A DNA stretch of 64,000 nucleotides, from contig JAEUSI010000004.1 in the NCBI GenBank assembly GCA_016788375.1, positions 3,478 through 67,477 of the forward strand. The letters are read 5' to 3'. The position numbers and the translations under genes are program-made. A model generated the notes under the pieces. That model searched no databases. It was not told the DNA's origin and was given only the letters and a program-made list of their open reading frames with translations. Source of the stretch: Ignavibacteria bacterium (lineage in GTDB: Bacteria > Bacteroidota > Ignavibacteria > Tepidaquicellales > Tepidaquicellaceae). Below, piece after piece: positions 9,007-18,361 of the stretch (position 1 is its first letter; every line of letters starts with the position of its first letter).

Positions 9007-9185
9007 GCCTGTTTTTTAAAATTAAAAGTGGATTAAAATAATTTTAATAGATTTTAAAAACAATTTCATTTGAATACCAAACCTTGTCTGTCCGGATTTT
9101 TTCAGGCTTTATGATTTTGTTTAAAAATTTTTAAAAAGTACTCAGCTGATTTTAAGAGATGCGTTAAAGATCAGGAATTGCCGGT

Positions 9186-10616
9186 TCATTTTGACCTTGG
9201 GTTTTTAATATTCCTGCCGCTTCTGTTTCCCAGTCCGTCATAGGAGGCGTATTTGTAAAGATCATGAAAAGTCGGATAATTGAAAACAGTTGCTATTACC
9301 TGATCAAGCGTTTTACCGTCCTGAACAAGAGTCATTCCGTAATGAATAAGCTCGGTTGCCATTCTGCCGATGATATGAACTCCGAGGATTATTTTTGTGT
9401 CATTGTCAAAAACCATTTTCAGAAATCCGTCATCCGGTGAACCCTGTATCATTCCTCTTGCAATTTCGCGGACTCTGCTGACTCCGGTGTTGTAAGAAAT
9501 TCCCTTTGAACCGGCTTCTTTTTCTGTCATCCCGACCATTGAAACTTCCGGTACAGTGTATATCCCGTACGGGAAAATTTTATGAACGGTATCAAGGTCC
9601 CGGATTTTATACATATGGGAAACTGCAACCCTGCCCTGATCCATACTCGTGCTTGCCAGAGCAGGAAATCCTATGACATCTCCTGCTGCATATATATGAG
9701 GAATATTTGTCTGATAATTTTCATTGACAAGAATTGTTTCACGTACACCGGTTTCAATCCCGGCTTTCTCAAGACTGAGTTCTCTTATGTTTCCGCTTCT
9801 GCCGGCTGCATACAGCACCATATCGGTTTCAAGTTCCTCGCCGTTTTTTAAGACAAGCCGGATATTGTCCTTTGCTTTTGCAGGTTTGAAAAAATTCCTG
9901 ACTGAAGAATTGAATAAAATTTCTATACCCTGCCTTTTCATCTGCACTACAAGAGCATCCGCCACTTCCTCATCAAGAAACGGCAGTATATTGTCTCTGT
10001 TGTTGATAAGATAAACTTTTACTCCCATCGCCGCATAAATTGTAGCATACTCACATCCGATAACTCCGGCACCGATTACACAAAGTGACTTAGGAAACCG
10101 TTTTATGTTCAGGATCGTATCCGAATCATGAATCCTCTTTCCGTCAAAAGGTATTTCCGGAGGATTTGCAGGATAAGAACCGGTTGCTATGAGAATATTC
10201 TTTCCTTCTATCACTGATTCTTTTTCACCCCGAATAAGTATTCTGTTTTTATCAGTAAATGATCCTGCTCCCCTGTAAATCTCAACTTTATGTCTGAAAA
10301 GATTATTGACTACTTCATCCTGCATTTCCTTTCTTGATAAATCACGCCTGTAAGTAAACTGAGTGTGTTTTGTTTTGCGCAGACGGTGATCTGACTTCTC
10401 AAAAATATGTTTTTCATATACTCGTGAAAAATACAGTGCAGTTTCTTTCAGAGCTTTTGAAGGAAGAGTCCCTGTCTGCACGCCTGCTCCGCCTGCATCC
10501 CGGGATTTTTCTACCAATGCTACTTTCTTTCCGAAGTAAGCCGCTTTGACAGCAGCTTTTTCGCCCGCAGGTCCGGAGCCGATTACAATCAGATCATAGG
10601 TGTTTGTTTCAGGCAT
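9186..10616 (-). CDS. sthA: Soluble pyridine nucleotide transhydrogenase-like flavoprotein (SthA/UdhA type)
   Basis: YDLIVIGSGPAGEKAA is the FAD dinucleotide fold. GGAGVQTGTLPSKALKE resembles the SthA GGxCxxWGTIPSKAL region but lacks the redox-active Cys pair of Lpd. I placed the start at the internal ATG (10616), just before the Rossmann motif; the track start at 10748 adds 44 non-homologous residues. Confidence 0.7.
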   Translation of the reverse strand: MPETNTYDLIVIGSGPAGEKAAVKAAYFGKKVALVEKSRDAGGAGVQTGTLPSKALKETALYFSRVYEKHIFEKSDHRLRKTKHTQFTYRRDLSRKEMQDEVVNNLFRHKVEIYRGAGSFTDKNRILIRGEKESVIEGKNILIATGSYPANPPEIPFDGKRIHDSDTILNIKRFPKSLCVIGAGVIGCEYATIYAAMGVKVYLINNRDNILPFLDEEVADALVVQMKRQGIEILFNSSVRNFFKPAKAKDNIRLVLKNGEELETDMVLYAAGRSGNIRELSLEKAGIETGVRETILVNENYQTNIPHIYAAGDVIGFPALASTSMDQGRVAVSHMYKIRDLDTVHKIFPYGIYTVPEVSMVGMTEKEAGSKGISYNTGVSRVREIARGMIQGSPDDGFLKMVFDNDTKIILGVHIIGRMATELIHYGMTLVQDGKTLDQVIATVFNYPTFHDLYKYASYDGLGNRSGRNIKNPRSK

Positions 10617-10823
10617 CAGTTTAATGAAATTATTGCAAAAATGTTTTTGTAATGTAGAATTTTCAATCTGCAAGTTCAAAGACAAATCTAAGTAGTTATT
10701 CAATTCTAATCTTTTTCCGCCAAAGTATATACTTTCTAATAATATCAAGTAATCTTGCGTAAGTCGGAAAAAGGATTCAGCAAAGTACGGGAAAATTCAA
10801 AATAAAATTGTTATTTTATTTAT

Positions 10824-11306
10824 ATGAAAATTAAAGCTGACAGTCCGGATGAATACATTTCCGGAATAGAAGATTCCGAAAAACAAAAAGCCGTCAAAAA
10901 ACTTCGGGAAGTGATTTTAAAAAATCTGCCTGAAGGTTTCAAGGAATGCATGAACTACGGGATGATAGGATACGTTGTTCCTCACTCTGTGTATCCGGAC
11001 GGATATCACTGTAACCCGGAACTTCCTCTCCCATTTATCTGCATTGCTAGTCAGAAACATTTCATTGCACTGTATCATATGGGTATTTATGCAAATCCTG
11101 TTTTAATGAAATGGTTTACGGAAGAACATAAGAAACGTGTTTCATCTAAACTTGACATGGGCAAAAGCTGCATCCGGTATAAAAAGCCTGCCGAAATTCC
11201 TTTTAGTCTGATTGGTGAGCTTATAAGCAAAATGTCTGCAGATGAATGGATAAAAATGTATGAGACTGCTTTTAAATCAGGGAAAAAGAACATCAAAAAG
11301 TCTTAA
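10824..11306 (+). CDS. DUF1801 (YdhG-like) domain protein
   Basis: 160 aa ORF. The pattern DEYISGIED...LREVILKNLPEGFKECMNYGMIGY...HFIALYHMG fits DUF1801. Confidence 0.6.
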   Translation: MKIKADSPDEYISGIEDSEKQKAVKKLREVILKNLPEGFKECMNYGMIGYVVPHSVYPDGYHCNPELPLPFICIASQKHFIALYHMGIYANPVLMKWFTEEHKKRVSSKLDMGKSCIRYKKPAEIPFSLIGELISKMSADEWIKMYETAFKSGKKNIKKS

Positions 11307-11609
11307 CACAATGAATTGTATTCCGTCAGGAATAAACGGCGTTGAAGCCGGAGATTTGAGAAAATTTCTTTCGGAATATTTATGACTGCATGCAAAAGAA
11401 AGTTTGTATTTTATGCATATCCGGAAATACTGCGGTAATGATTGCGAAATTTTCTTACTGTTTAATTCAGATTGTACTTAACAGGCTCAAAAAGCAACCA
11501 AAAGAAATTCATTCTGAAACATTGAAAGATATCACGGAGCAAGTATTCCTTATATGAATTTTCTTTAATAAAAATAAATTTATTAAATTTTCCGGTAAAT
11601 TTTTCAGCT

Positions 11610-12317
11610 GTGGAATTAAGTGCGCCTTTTTACGTTGCGATTGTCTTTATCCTCACTGCAATATTAACATTGTATCTGTTTTTCATTGTCTTAAGAAATT
11701 CTTCCGGTTATTCTCACCTTTCAGGCAAAATTACTTTAGTGTTGATTTTATGGCTGTTAATTCAGGCGCTGCTTTCAGTTTCCGGTTTGTACAGTACGGA
11801 TACAAAAAATTTTCCTCCGAAATTCATATTACTCGTATTGCCTCCGTTGATTACAATTCTGATAGTATTTCTTTCTGAAAAAGGCAGGTCGTTTTGCGAC
11901 AGTCTTCCTCTTCTGAATCTGACTTATCTTAGTATAGTCAGAATACCGGTTGAATTTGTGCTTCTGTGGCTGTTCTTTTATAAAGCTGTTCCTGGATTAA
12001 TGACTTTCGAGGGAAGGAATTTCGATATAATTGCCGGTATTACTGCGCCGTTTGTAGCTTATTATGGTATTAAGGAAAAGAAATTAACCGAAAAGATGAT
12101 TATGCTGTGGCATGTTGTTTGTCTCGGACTTCTTATAAACATAATTATGATTGCTTTTTTGTCCGCGCCGTTTGCAACTCAGAAGTTTGCCTATGATATG
12201 CCTAATATTGCTGTTTTGTATTTTCCTTACAGCTGGCTTCCGGGATTTATTGTTCCTGCCGTATTATTAAGCCACCTTGTTTCAATCAGGCAGCTGACCG
12301 GAAAACTTAAGCTTTGA
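11610..12317 (+). CDS. Polytopic membrane protein, function unknown
   Basis: 235 aa ORF with a GTG start and about 7 hydrophobic segments. Confidence 0.5.
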   Translation: MELSAPFYVAIVFILTAILTLYLFFIVLRNSSGYSHLSGKITLVLILWLLIQALLSVSGLYSTDTKNFPPKFILLVLPPLITILIVFLSEKGRSFCDSLPLLNLTYLSIVRIPVEFVLLWLFFYKAVPGLMTFEGRNFDIIAGITAPFVAYYGIKEKKLTEKMIMLWHVVCLGLLINIIMIAFLSAPFATQKFAYDMPNIAVLYFPYSWLPGFIVPAVLLSHLVSIRQLTGKLKL

Positions 12318-12322
12318 GTATA

Positions 12323-13032
12323 CTACATTTCCCTTGAAGAGATTTTTTTCTTCAGCTGTGAAAGATGCCATGTTATATTGATTTCCTTCGGACATGCTTC
12401 AATACAGTTGAATATTGTATGACATCTCCAGATTCCGTCAGGTGTATCGAGTATATCCAGCCTCTCATCCGCGCCTTCATCTCTTGTGTCATTTATGAAT
12501 CTGTATGCCCTTAGCATTGCAGCAGGACCGATATAGTTTTCGTTTGTCCATGTAGACGGACAGCTTGTAGTACAGCATGCGCAGAGAATGCATTTGGCAG
12601 ATTCAAATAATTTTTCTGCATCTTCATTCGACTGAAGTCTTTCACTGTTTGGAGGGGGGGGGAGTTATTTATCAGATAAGGTTTTACAACCTCGTACTTT
12701 GCAAAAAATGAGGACATATCAACCACAAGGTCTTTTATTATCGGTAATGCCGGCAGCGGCTCGAGAGTAATTACATTTTTTGTATTAATGTCCTTAAGAA
12801 GAAGAGAACATGCGAGTTTGTTTTTACCGTTTATTTTCATTCCGTCGCTTCCGCAGATTCCGTGCGCGCATGAACGTCTGAATGTCAGGGATCCGTCATA
12901 ATTTCCTTTTATCTCATGAAGTACATCCAGCAGCCGCCAGTCACCGCTTACGTTCTTAACATTAAAATTCTGAAAATACGGCTGTGTATCTTTCTCGGGA
13001 TTGAACCTTAGAATTTTTAATTGAATATCCAT
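12323..13032 (-). pseudogene. sdhB: Succinate dehydrogenase/fumarate reductase iron-sulfur subunit, interrupted by a frameshift in a C9 tract
   Basis: Track ORFs 12511..13032 and 12323..12517 are the N- and C-terminal parts of SdhB (SCAHGICGSDGMKINGKN; RCHTIFNCIEACPKEI). Between them, the canonical [13 protein letters not shown] motif is readable only in the frame reached by a 1-nt shift at the homopolymer. Confidence 0.85.
12654..12662. repeat. G9 homopolymer (C9 on the coding strand) at the sdhB frameshift site
   Basis: Read directly: ggaGGGGGGGGGag. Confidence 0.95.
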
Positions 13033-13042
13033 GTGTGATTAT

Positions 13043-13822
13043 TTAATTCAGTTTAAAATCTGTTTTTAATATTTGGATGAACCTATCTTTATCTGGACAG
13101 GCGTACATTTGATCTATTAGTTTATAACCTTCCGGAACATTTCCCAGTGTATGATATTCCGCAGTAATTGCCGCAAGTATGGCTTTAACTGCTCCTGCAT
13201 CTGTGTTGAAAGTATCTTCATCCGCCTGCATACACTTATATCCCGTGTCCGTATACTGCTTAAGTTCTTCTTCAAGATCCTTTATGTGAGCACTGACTAT
13301 ATCCGGAAATTTATTCGTAACATTGATAAATTTTCCTTTGTCAAATCCGAAAATCAGCAGATTAAACTGTGACTGAGCATAGTTTGTAAATTCATATGCA
13401 AACATATCATTTACTCCGGTAATTTCCTGCTTTTTATCGTTGTTTAAATCCGTGATTTCATAAAATGAATTACCCCAGTTAACGGAATCTGTGAATACAA
13501 ACTTGCTATTTTTGAATTCACCGGCAAAAAGTGACGTGCAGCAATGCGCTCCGCCGCTGTAATTCTGAATCAGAATTTCCCTCTTTCCGTTTCCGTCCAG
13601 ATCATAATCCTTTATTTCGGTTATTCTGTCGTAATATGTTTTTTTAAATATAACATTCTTCCTTTTCTTAATTTTTAATACAGTCGTAAAAGATGCAGTG
13701 TCATATTTTGCCTGAAATAAATATTCCTTATATCTGAATTTTATGTTGTTATTCTGTGCACCGGAATATCCGCCTTTAAATGATAATATAAACACAAAAG
13801 CAATAAATAAAATAATTTTCAT
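13043..13822 (-). CDS. Exported hypothetical protein between sdhA and sdhB
   Basis: 259 aa ORF with a signal peptide (FVFILSFKGGYSGAQ). It has two Asp/Asn-rich loops, DLDGNGKRE and DLNNDKKQE, and the motif GGAHCC. Gaps to the flanking sdh genes are 6 nt and 10 nt. Confidence 0.6.
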   Translation of the reverse strand: MKIILFIAFVFILSFKGGYSGAQNNNIKFRYKEYLFQAKYDTASFTTVLKIKKRKNVIFKKTYYDRITEIKDYDLDGNGKREILIQNYSGGAHCCTSLFAGEFKNSKFVFTDSVNWGNSFYEITDLNNDKKQEITGVNDMFAYEFTNYAQSQFNLLIFGFDKGKFINVTNKFPDIVSAHIKDLEEELKQYTDTGYKCMQADEDTFNTDAGAVKAILAAITAEYHTLGNVPEGYKLIDQMYACPDKDRFIQILKTDFKLN

Positions 13823-13828
13823 AGCATA

Positions 13829-15586
13829 TTAATACTTCCTTTCCATCGGCTGATATCTTGTTACAACAACAGGCTTGTATTTGATTTCAGGAGCGCTGCC
13901 TTTCTTTTCAAATGCAAATGTATGCTTCATCCATTCCTGATCATTTCTCTTGGGAAAATCTTCTCTTGTATGTGCTCCCCGGCTTTCTGTTCTGTTATAA
14001 GCTCCGTAAACAGTAGCTTCCGCATTCTTAAGCAGATTATCCAGTTCAATCGCTTCCACAAGTTCAGTATTAAACACCTTGCTCTTGTCCTGAATTGAAA
14101 TGTTCCTGTATCTTTCTTTAAGCTCTTCCAGTTTCAAAATCATTTTTTTCAGACCTTCTTCCGTCCTGAATACTCCGCAGTCTTCCATCATTGTATTCTG
14201 TAGTTCAGTTCTGATATTCACTGCTTTCTCCGTTCCGTTCGAATTCAGCAAACCTGCTATTATTTCTTTAGTCCTTTCGTCCGCATCATTTCTTACTTCG
14301 GTAAAGGAAGCATTCTTCAGATAATCTGAAATAGCCTTGCCTCCTCTTCTTCCGAAAACCACCAGATCAAGAAGAGAGTTTGTTCCGAGTCTGTTAGCTC
14401 CGTGAACGGAAACACAGGCGCATTCACCCGCCGCATATAATCCTTTTACAATGTCGCCTTTTTCATTCATCAGAACTTCACAGTTCACATTTGTCGGAAT
14501 TCCTCCCATTGCGTAATGAGCAGTAGGCTGAATTGGAATCGGCTCTGTTGTCGGCTCAACTCCGAGATATGTTCTCGCAAAACCCGTTATCTCCGGTAAT
14601 TTGTCATCTATGACTTCTTTCCCGAGATGAGTCAGATCAAGCAGAACGTAATCTGTGCCGTCACTGCCTCTTATGCCTCTCCCTTCCCTGATTTCACTTA
14701 TTATTGCTCTCGAAACCATATCTCTCGGTGCGAGATCCATTACCGACGGAGCATATCGAGACATGAATCTTTCTCCGTCTTTATTTTTCAGAATTCCCCC
14801 TTCGCCTCTTGCAGCTTCGCTTACAAGTATGCCGAGTTTCCACAGTCCTGTAGGATGGAACTGAAAGAATTCCATGTCTTCAAGTGGAAGTCCGGCATTA
14901 TATACAAGTGCCATACCGTCGCCGGTTCCCACATGCGCATTTGATGTAATTCTGAAAACCCTTCCGTAGCCGCCTGTTGCAAACATCACTGCCTTTGCCT
15001 GAAAAATATGAACTTCTGAATTTGCAATATCAAATGCTACTACGCCTTTGCAGACTCCGTTTTCCATTAATAGTTCGGTTACGAAAAACTCGGAATAAAA
15101 TGTAACCTGGTTCTTTATCGAATTTTCAAATAATGTCTGAAGCATCACATGTCCTGTTCTGTCTGCCGAATAACATGATCTTTTTACGGGAACTCTTTTT
15201 CCGAACGGATCATTTTTATCCGCAGGTTTTGTATGACCTCCGAAAAATCTCTGTGCAATCTGCCCGTTCTCATTTCTTGAAAAAGGCATGCCCATGTGCT
15301 CAAGTTCAATTATCGCCCTGATCGCATCTTTGCACATTACTTCAATCGAATCCTGATCGCCGAGATAATCGCTTCCTTTGACAGTATCAAATGCATGATT
15401 TTCCCAGCTGTCTTCTTCCATGTTTGACAGTGCAGCGCAAACTCCGCCCTGTGCTGTGCCTGTGTGAGATCTCGGAGGATAAACTTTTGAAATCACTGCG
15501 CATGAATATTCTTTTGGAATTTCAACTGCTGCCCGGAGTCCGGCTCCGCCTGCTCCGATAATTACTACATCGTATGTTTTTATCAT
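13829..15586 (-). CDS. sdhA: Succinate dehydrogenase/fumarate reductase flavoprotein subunit
   Basis: 585 aa ORF with the motifs VVIIGAGGAGLRAA, RSHTGTAQGG (His for covalent FAD), HPTG and RGEGG. Confidence 0.9.
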   Translation of the reverse strand: MIKTYDVVIIGAGGAGLRAAVEIPKEYSCAVISKVYPPRSHTGTAQGGVCAALSNMEEDSWENHAFDTVKGSDYLGDQDSIEVMCKDAIRAIIELEHMGMPFSRNENGQIAQRFFGGHTKPADKNDPFGKRVPVKRSCYSADRTGHVMLQTLFENSIKNQVTFYSEFFVTELLMENGVCKGVVAFDIANSEVHIFQAKAVMFATGGYGRVFRITSNAHVGTGDGMALVYNAGLPLEDMEFFQFHPTGLWKLGILVSEAARGEGGILKNKDGERFMSRYAPSVMDLAPRDMVSRAIISEIREGRGIRGSDGTDYVLLDLTHLGKEVIDDKLPEITGFARTYLGVEPTTEPIPIQPTAHYAMGGIPTNVNCEVLMNEKGDIVKGLYAAGECACVSVHGANRLGTNSLLDLVVFGRRGGKAISDYLKNASFTEVRNDADERTKEIIAGLLNSNGTEKAVNIRTELQNTMMEDCGVFRTEEGLKKMILKLEELKERYRNISIQDKSKVFNTELVEAIELDNLLKNAEATVYGAYNRTESRGAHTREDFPKRNDQEWMKHTFAFEKKGSAPEIKYKPVVVTRYQPMERKY

Positions 15587-15775
15587 ATTGTTTATTTGTT
15601 ACGTCCGGAAAAAACGATAATTCTGAACTGCAGTTTGTCAGTCGCTGATCACCGCTTTATAGACGTGTTTATAATTATTAAAATCCGTTTTAATTAAAAT
15701 TACTTTGATTAAAAACGCTTTTCTGAAAATTAAATTTTAATTTACATACCCGGTAACCAACTTCATCAGTTATTT

Positions 15776-17482
15776 TCATTCTTCCATATTCATAATTTCT
15801 TTATACAGGTCAAGTTTTTTCTCATTGTCTTTTGTATCGTAAACATAAACATCTCTGAGTTCCAGATATGACATAATAGCATCAAGCTTTCTTCCTTCTA
15901 TTACGGCAATTTTCCCCATTAAATACTGCAGATCAATGCTGTTAAACTGTATGCTGCCCTTTTGCAGAAGTTCATTTTCATAAGCTCTCTGCAAATATTT
16001 TTTTGCTTTTTTATAATTCCTGAACTCATTAAAATATATTTTTCCGAGCTGTAAATTTGCTTCATTGTAATTTGAATCAAGCGCAAGAAGCTTGTTGTAT
16101 TCTTTTACAGCGCTTTTGTAATCTCCGGTTTTCTCGTAAATTCCTGCTATCTGATAATAAATAAAATACAGAGTGTTGTCCTGCTTTAACATTTTTTCAT
16201 AAAACTGAATTGCCTTGCCGTATTCTTTTGAAGTTGAATATGCTTCGGCAAGATTTGATGAAAGCAGATTCAGCAGGCTGTCTGAATCAAATCTATATCT
16301 GATATCCTTATAAAGATTTTCGGCTTTGCTGAAATTATCTGTCAGGACATACATGTCAAGCAGTTCCTGATACACCGCAAATGAATCCGGTTTCATGCTG
16401 ATGCACTTTTGAAAATACTTTTCGGCTGTCTGCAGCCTGCTTCTGTTTACAGAATCCTGCTTTACAATGAAAGTATCAGTCATTTTCATCGTATCCTTTA
16501 ATCTTGAATAAGACCAGTCGTAAGTGACCTGTGATTTCAAATCTCTTGCAAGCTTTAAGTTTGTATTGAAAAGATTTTCTTCCTTTTTTACAAGTATAGC
16601 CGAATCATTTATATAATTCTTTGTTTCTTCAAGCGCTGAAAGTTTTCTGAATGTATTTATTGCTACGGCAAAATTCAGGTTTCCGTATCCTGTGTAAGTA
16701 AATGTCGTAACACCGATAACCTCGCCTTTCGTATTGAAAAGCGCTCCTCCGCTGTTTCCGGGTGATATTGCCGCCGTTATCTGAATGACTTTCTCATATT
16801 GCTTTTCCACCGATTCATATGTAACCGGATCGGTAAAACTTACTTTTTCATTTTCTCTGACAGCTGCCACTATACCGGATGAAATTGTATACTCGTATCC
16901 GAGCGGACTGCCTATTGCATAAACTTCTGTTCCGGCTTTTACATTATCCGAATTCCCTAATTTTACGACGGGAAATTTTTTGTTATCCGGATTTATCAGT
17001 TTTAATATTGCAAAGTCATTTATTTCATCCGAAAGTATCAGCTCGGCTCCGTAAAACATCCCGTCGCTTGTTTTCACAATAAGACTGTCAATGTTCTCTG
17101 TAACATGATAATTTGTCCCTATCAGTCCGTCTTCCCCGAATATAAATCCGCTGCCGCTGAGTACTGTTGTATCAATATACCTGAATGATGTATAGGAATA
17201 ATAATTTCTGTCATGAAACCATATCGAAATCAGAGCTGGCTTGAACTTTTCAATTATTTCTCCGGCGTTTAAATCATCATTCTTTTTTTCCTTAAAATGA
17301 TGTGTTACTTCTTCCTGCGTTAATGCCGTATCTGTAAATGCCGCTATCAGTAAAAATACAGTGATGATTATTTTTATAAAACTCCGCGATACTATATCTG
17401 ATCCAAACCTGAATAACCTTAATATATATCTCAATTTAACTTTTTTACTTTCCTTTCCATTCAGGTTTTCTTTTTTCGACAA
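15776..17482 (-). CDS. Membrane-anchored S1C (trypsin/HtrA-like) serine protease fused to C-terminal TPR repeats
   Basis: 568 aa ORF with an N-terminal TM segment, catalytic-type motifs GTNYHV and GNSGGALFN, and a TPR-like C-terminal half. The TTG start overlaps the upstream gene by 38 nt. Confidence 0.75.
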   Translation of the reverse strand: MSKKENLNGKESKKVKLRYILRLFRFGSDIVSRSFIKIIITVFLLIAAFTDTALTQEEVTHHFKEKKNDDLNAGEIIEKFKPALISIWFHDRNYYSYTSFRYIDTTVLSGSGFIFGEDGLIGTNYHVTENIDSLIVKTSDGMFYGAELILSDEINDFAILKLINPDNKKFPVVKLGNSDNVKAGTEVYAIGSPLGYEYTISSGIVAAVRENEKVSFTDPVTYESVEKQYEKVIQITAAISPGNSGGALFNTKGEVIGVTTFTYTGYGNLNFAVAINTFRKLSALEETKNYINDSAILVKKEENLFNTNLKLARDLKSQVTYDWSYSRLKDTMKMTDTFIVKQDSVNRSRLQTAEKYFQKCISMKPDSFAVYQELLDMYVLTDNFSKAENLYKDIRYRFDSDSLLNLLSSNLAEAYSTSKEYGKAIQFYEKMLKQDNTLYFIYYQIAGIYEKTGDYKSAVKEYNKLLALDSNYNEANLQLGKIYFNEFRNYKKAKKYLQRAYENELLQKGSIQFNSIDLQYLMGKIAVIEGRKLDAIMSYLELRDVYVYDTKDNEKKLDLYKEIMNMEE

Positions 17483-18257
17483 ATGCTTTCATTCCTTCGA
17501 ATTTATCCTCTGTCGAAAACAGCAGATAGAAGTTTTTTCTCTCAAACTCCAGTCCCGATTCTATAGTAGAGTCAAATGACTTTAAAACACATTCCTTTGC
17601 AAGCTGTACCGCAATTGTCGGTTTTGACGATATTTCCCCTGCAAGCTCAAGCGCTTCTTCAAGATATACATCGTTGTCTACGACTTTTGTAACCAGACCG
17701 GCATCAAACATTTCTTTTGAAGTATACATCCTTCCGGTAAGTATCATTTCCATCGTTTTCGCTTTTCCGATAGCTTTTGTAAGCCGTTGAGTTCCTCCTG
17801 CTCCGGGAATTACTCCGAGATTAATTTCCGGCTGTCCGAACTTAGCTGATTCTGCCGCTATTATCATGTCACATGACATTGCAAGCTCGCAACCACCCCC
17901 GAGTGCAAATCCGCTGACAGCGGCAATAACCGGCTTTTTCAGTTTTCTGATTCTGTCCCAGCGGGCAAACTGATCTCTTACCAGCATCTCTATCGATCCT
18001 GCATCTGCCATTTCTTTTATATCGGCACCGGCTGCAAACGCTTTCTGATTTCCCGTAATTACCATACATCCGGTTTCAATATCCCTGTCAAATGCTTCAA
18101 GCGCATTTACAAGTTCCTGCATCAGCTCATTATTGAGTGCATTCAGCACTTCGGGACGGTTAATCTGTATAAGACCGGTTTTCAATCCGATCGGATTTTC
18201 TGTTTCCGAAACTAATATGTTTTTGTATGGCTTTTCAAGGTGAGTTTTATCACTCAT
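17445..18257 (-). CDS. Enoyl-CoA hydratase/isomerase (crotonase) family protein
   Basis: 270 aa ORF with FAAGADIKEM and GFALGGGCELAMSCD, the crotonase oxyanion-hole motifs. Confidence 0.85.
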   Translation of the reverse strand: MSDKTHLEKPYKNILVSETENPIGLKTGLIQINRPEVLNALNNELMQELVNALEAFDRDIETGCMVITGNQKAFAAGADIKEMADAGSIEMLVRDQFARWDRIRKLKKPVIAAVSGFALGGGCELAMSCDMIIAAESAKFGQPEINLGVIPGAGGTQRLTKAIGKAKTMEMILTGRMYTSKEMFDAGLVTKVVDNDVYLEEALELAGEISSKPTIAVQLAKECVLKSFDSTIESGLEFERKNFYLLFSTEDKFEGMKAFVEKRKPEWKGK

Positions 18258-18361
18258 AACTGAATATTGTATGATTTATTCTTTTATTTAATTTTTTTCA
18301 AATTACTTACATTGCTTTTTAATTACAATGTTATTTCTCCTTACATTTATCTTCATATCCT

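Noticed and set aside
9186-10748. 520 aa version of the sthA-like ORF starting at 10748
   Set aside because: The first 44 residues (MILLESIYFGGKRLELNN...) precede the Rossmann GxGxxG motif by far more than in homologs and look non-coding. The ATG at 10616 gives a 476 aa protein of the expected size.
12511-12517. Treating 12511..13032 and 12323..12517 as two genuine overlapping genes
   Set aside because: The tail of the first ORF after the C9 run (LQTVKDFSRMKMQKNYLNLPNAF...) is the out-of-frame reading of the conserved Fe-S cluster region. Together the two ORFs reconstitute one SdhB after a 1-nt correction.
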